Assembly (NCBI GenBank): GCA_024679065.1
Contig: JAGIQG010000008.1
Coordinates: 53,630,001-53,694,000 of the forward strand
Reading direction: 5' to 3'
Origin: Sphyrna mokarran
Lineage: Eukaryota
Length of the DNA: 64,000 nucleotides
Part shown: positions 54,701-60,700 of the stretch, piece after piece
Layout of the letters: every line of letters begins with the position of its first letter
Numbering within the stretch: the first letter of the stretch is position 1
The notes under the pieces: model-generated
What the model was told of the DNA's origin: nothing
Databases searched by the model: none
Seen by the model: the letters and a program-made list of their open reading frames with translations, nothing else
Program-made: the position numbers and the translations under genes

Positions 54701-57700
54701 TCCAATGGCAAAGCAAACTATAGAACACATGTTTTGACCCCACCCCCGTCTCTGTGTGATTTAGAATGTGACAGAATCTCCAGTCCTGTATGGAAGTAGT
54801 AAGTTCAGTTCATTTCCCAATGGGTTCAATGATTCCCATCACACACCTGTACAGACAGATCCATTCCAGGTATAGCCAGTCACACAGGAGCATCTGAAGC
54901 TTCCATTCACCTGGGTACAGGAGGCATTGGGTCCACACGGATTGCTCATACACATGTCAATAACTGCAGGTAGAAAATCAGAGAGATGTTGTAAGCATCA
55001 TACAGTTGAATAAGATTGCCTCAGTACACAAGGGTAATCACATAAAAATGGAGCAGCGTCCTGGTGGGGCGGTGCACTTAATTGCAAGATGGCAACATTA
55101 TCCTGGTTACCTGTTAGATATATGAAACAGTTTCAAACCATCAGAGGGAGCAATCTGGAACACTCAGTTCTCTTCATGCAATTTTATTACTCAGGGTTAT
55201 TGCTTCAATAAAGGTTCCATTTTCAATCCAGCAAATCATTTGCAGAGTGACACATTTCAGGTTTGGAACATCTCTAATCATGTTACCACTCAGAATGTTA
55301 TATTTCCCCTTTTCCAAAAGCCCAGATGATCCGGGCAGATGCATCATCCAGACCAGGAAAGTGATGATATTGATTCAAGTGTAATTTGACATCTTGCAAT
55401 TTGCTTACGATGATTATAAATGAATAAGAAATGGGAATATTTTTCACTGGGATGATTCAGTATCAGTTACCTCTACAATTCCTTCCATCTCCAGTATATC
55501 CAGCCTTACACACACATTGGAAAGAGCCGGGGCTGTTGAAACAGGAGGCTGAGCTGTGACAGTCGTGGCTTCCACTTTGACATTCATTCACATCTGAAGT
55601 TGAGAAAAAAAGAGTTCATTGGAGGATCCCCAGCTTTGTCAACATTAAACTTGTACACACTCAGGTTTAAGCTTGAACCACATGACTCTTGGAGGACAAT
55701 CAGAGTGCCCACTTCTGGCAGGCTCCGCCATTTTGTGGTCTTGCACTTTCTAGTCAGAAGCTTAGAACATAGAACATAGAACATAGAACAGTACAGCTCA
55801 GTACAGGCCCTTCTGCCCTCAATGTTATACCGATCTTTGTCCGAAACCAAAATCAAGCTATCCCACTCCCTATTGTTCTGGTGTGCTTCATGTGCCTATC
55901 CAATAACCATTTGAAAGTTCCTAAAGTGTCCAACTCCACTATCACAGCAGACAGTCCATTCCACACCCCAACCACTCTCTGAGTAAAGAATCTACCTCAG
56001 ACATCCCTCCTATATCTCCCACCATGAATTTTATAGTTATGCCCTCTAGTAACAGCTACATCCACCCAAGGAAGTAGTCCCTGAAGGTCCATTCTATCTA
56101 TCCCCCGCATCATCATATAAACCTCCATGAAGTCGCCTCTCAACCTCCTCCATTCCAAAGAGAAAAACCCTAGCTCTCTCAAGTTTTCTTCATAAGATCT
56201 ACCCTCCAAACCATGCAGCATCTTAGTATCTGAAGTTGACAAGAAAGGAAGAAAGTTCATTGATCGATCTGCATCATTTTCAGTGTCAAACACTCGACAA
56301 ATCCAGATTTAGGCTTTGACCACATCACCATCCCTGCGTGGTTTGGTTTGGAACTTGACAAAATCTCCAGTCCTTATGGAAGTAGTAACTTCAGTTCATT
56401 TCCCAATGGGTTCAATGATTCCCATACACACAGCTGTACTGACAGATCCATTCCAGGTGTAGCCAGTCACACAGGAGCATCTGAAGCTTCCATCCTGCTG
56501 GGTACAGGAGGCATTGGATCCACACGGATTGTTCACACACATGTCAATAACCGTGGATATAAAATGAATGTGATTGTTTAAACACAAATGAATCAAAACT
56601 CTTCAATGAGGAACTGTTTTCAGATAAACAGAAAACAGCTTTAATTGAAGGAGATGCAGTCAATTAAATGAAAAGGAAACTTTAACCTGAAGTTCTTTCA
56701 GATTCTTGGGACAGTTTTCAACCCTTCAGAATGAGATGTGGAGCACACACAGTTATCTCCCTGCTATTTCTCTCTGCGTAAGATTCAGTTAATGTTCCAT
56801 TTTCGATCCAATGACATACTGAGGCAGTAAAACCTTTTCAATCACTGTACACCTCCTAATATGTTACAATTCAGAATGTTAAAATGACTGCCTCTGAAGT
56901 ATCAGCTGGTCCAGGCACTGTGGGGTTGGATCATCCAAACCAGGAATTGTGAGAACATGCCTGGGATAATCTCCAAGATCTTGCAATTTCCTCAATTAGA
57001 TACAAAAGAAATTAAAAGGAAATATTTAACCCCCAAATGGATTCCGTATCAGTTACCTGTACAATTCCTTCCATCTCCAGTATATCCAGCCTTACACACA
57101 CATTGGAAAGAGCCGGGGCTGTTGAAACAGGAGGCTGAGCTGTGACAGTCGTGGCTTCCACTTTGACATTCATTCACATCTGAAGTTAAGAAGAAAGGAA
57201 GAGTTTATTAAGGATCTCCAGTTTTGTCAATCTTTCTACTGTTACACCCCAGATTTAACCTCGAGACTTGTAAAAGAACCAGATTCAAGATTGTTTCTCC
57301 AACCCGAGAGCGCCCAAGATTCACTGGGTATGTTTCCAAGAATATGAGAAAAAATCATAACAGAAAGAAAGTAAACATGTGGTTGATTTGTTCCAATGGC
57401 AACTGTTTATCCAGGTCTAGAAAAACTGGCAGTAATATCCCAGCAAAGATCAATAAAGATTTCTCAATAATTCTGTTCAAGAAGTGTGGAACCTTCTCAG
57501 TCTCTTGTGGAACTTAGCTGGTCTGAATTGTTCTATTTATTTCTTCACCAACAGATTCCCTTTTAAGAAAGAATACAAGTTAACCAAAGCAAATGTCAAT
57601 GTTTGATCATTCCCCAGGAATGTGAATGTGAAAATAAATAATTAACAATTCTTCAGTTACCTGTACAATTCCTCCCATCTCCAGTATATCCAGCCTTACA

Positions 57701-60700
57701 CACACATTGGAAAGAGCCGGGACTGTTGAAACAGGAGGCTGAGCTGTGACAGTCGTGGCTTCCACTTTGACATTCATTCACATCTGAAGTTAAGAAGAAA
57801 GGGAAGAATTCATTGGAAAATACCCAGTTTTGTCAATATTAAACTATATACAAATCCAGATTTAGGCTGGAACCACATAACCCTCAGAGAACAATCAAGA
57901 GCCCTATTTTAACAGGCTCTGCCATTTTGTGAGTTTATACTTCCTAGCCAGCAGATTGTGACACAAATAAATAAACTTTAAATTCTATTATTGTTGGATC
58001 TTCACTCCTCCCTTGGAAAGAATTGTGTGTGACAGTGGAATGACAGTCGAATAACAGTCGGACAGGTTGTGATGTGAATGCTCCTTCCAAGGTCATAACT
58101 ATTTCAATCAGCTCCTGCTGTAGTGAATACTTCCATCCCAGTGTCCACCTCATTTGAGCTCAGTGTCAATCACTCCCATGTGAGAGAATCTAGGATTCTA
58201 AAGCACTGGGAAATAGACGTAAGGAAATTTCTCCCCTACCAAGACCATGCTGGGTGCAGTTCAACACTGTGTAGATACTATCCAACCCCTTACACAGTGA
58301 GTCAGTGTCCATCTCTTAACATTAATATGAAGCGTCAGTGGGATGTTTCATTGGGAGGGGAAGCGTAACGGCTGCAATTTTCCAGCAGTTCATGCTGATG
58401 GGATTCTCTGCTCCCAGGGCGATGAATGGAGATTTGCTGAGTTAAATTCTCCATCCTCGCTTGCAGCAGTAGCAGGGCAAGAATGGCTTGGAAGTGCTGG
58501 CCAAGCCGAATATTAAACATTTTTAAATCTTTTCTTCAAGGGCAAAGCAAACTTCAGGATGTATATCTTGATCACACTCCTTTCCTGGTCTGGTTTGGCA
58601 GAATCTCCAGTCCTGTATGGGAGCAGTAAGTTCAGTTCATTCCCCAATGGGTTCAATGATTCCCATCACACACCTGTACAGACAGATCCATTCCAGGTGT
58701 AGCCAGTCACACAGGAGCATCTGAAACTTCCATCCTGCTGGGTACAGGAGGCATTGGGTCCACACGGATTGTTCACACACACGTCAATGACTGTGGATAT
58801 TAAATAAATGTGATTGTTTACACACAACATGAAAAAGATCACTTCAATGTGCAACCATTTTCAGATAAAGAGGGAACCATTTTAAGTTAGTGAGATGCAG
58901 TCAATTTAAAGAAAAGGAAACATTAATCTGAGTGTCTTTCAGATACATGGAATCGTTTTCAACCCTTCAGAATGAGTTTTGGAACACAGTCAGTTATCTC
59001 CCTGCTATTTCTCTCTGCTCAGAGTTCAATTAATGTTGCATTTTCTATCCAATGACACATTGAGGCAGTGAAACTTTTCAATTTCCATCCACCACTATGT
59101 TACAATTCAGAATGTTAAAATGTCTCCTGTCTGAAGTCAGAGCTGGTTCAGACTTTGTGTGATTGGATCATCCAAACCAGGAATTGTGAAAACATGCCTG
59201 GGATTAATTTCTCAAATGGATAAAAAGACATTAAAATGGGAATATTTAATCTCAAATGATTCAATAACAGTTACCTGTACAATTCCTTCCATCTCCAGTA
59301 TATCCAGCCTTACACACACATCGGAAAGAGCTGGGGCTGTTGAAACAGGAGGCTGAGCTGTGACAGTCGTGGCTTCCACTTTGACATTCATCCACATCTG
59401 AAGTTGAGAAGAAAGAAAAAGTTCATTGGAAGATCCCCAATTTTGTCAATATTAAACTATATACAAACCCTGATTTAGGTTGGAACCACATAACTCTTGG
59501 AGAATAATCAGAATGCTCATTTTTACAATCTCTACCATTTTGTGGGTTTACACTTTTTAGCCAGCAGATTGTGACACAAATAAATAAAATTTACATTCTA
59601 TTATTGTTGTATCTACATTCTACCCTTGGGGAGAATTTTGTGTGACAATGGAATAATTTTCAGGCCGATTAACAGTCTGACAGGTTGTGATGTGAATCTC
59701 CCTTCAAAGTTATAACTATTCCAATCAGCAGGTCCTGCTGTACTGAAGACTTCCATCCCAATGTCTACCTCATTTGCACTCAATGTCAATCACTCCCATG
59801 TGTTGGTATCCAGGATTCCAAGGCACTGGGAAATGGAGGTAAGGAAATTTCCCCCCTGCCAAGCTGAGTGCAGTTCAACACCGTGTAGACACTGTCCAAC
59901 CCCTCACCCAGTGAGTCAATGTCCATCTTGTAACACCAGTAGGAAGTGTCAGCGGGATGTTTCATTGGGAGGGGAATCATAACAGCTGGAATTTTCCAGC
60001 TGTTCATGCCATCGGGATTCTCTGCTCCCAGGGCTATGAATGGAGATTTGCTGAGTTAAATTCTCCATCCTCGCTTGCAGTGGCAACAGGGCAAGAATGA
60101 CTTGGAACCTCTGGCCAAGCTGGATATTGAGCATTTTTAAATCATTTTTTCAAGGGTAAAGCAAACTTCAGGATATACATCTTGATCAAATCTGTCCTGG
60201 TCTGGTTTGAAACTTGACAGAATCTCCAGTCCTGTATGGAAGCAGTAAGTTCAGTTCATTCCCCAATGGGTTCAATGATTCCCATCACACACCTGTACAG
60301 ACTGATCCATTCCAGGTGTAGCCAGTCACACAGGAACATCTGAAGCTTCCATTCACCTGGGTACAGGAGGCATTGGGTCCACACGAATTGTTCACACACA
60401 TGTCAATAACTGTGCATATAAAATGAATGTGATTGTTTAATCCCAACATGAATCAGATCACTTCAATGTGGAACCATTTTTAGATAAAGAGGGAGCTGCT
60501 TTAAGTGAAGTAGATGCAGTCAATTAAATGAAAAAGGAAACTTTAACCTGAATGCCTCTCAGATACATGGAAGTTTTCAACCCTACAGAATGAGATGTGG
60601 AACACACTCTGCTATCTCCCTGCTATTTCCCTCAAATGGATTCCACATCAGTTACCTGTACAATTCCTTCCATCTCCAGTATATCCAGCCTTACACACAC

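Larger units (their letters stand above)
39374..56228. repeat. ~9-kb higher-order tandem duplication (five B/A pairs plus CR1), two copies
   Basis: Same order of intron subtypes; offsets 8993 (39374 vs 48367) and 8956 (46515 vs 55471); shared CR1 insertion site. Confidence 0.85.

Noticed and set aside
5457-59397. Recurrent ORFs [18 protein letters not shown]... and [14 protein letters not shown]...
   Set aside because: These are alternative frames of the A and B exons. They recur only because the exons repeat, and the A frame is usually preceded immediately by a stop
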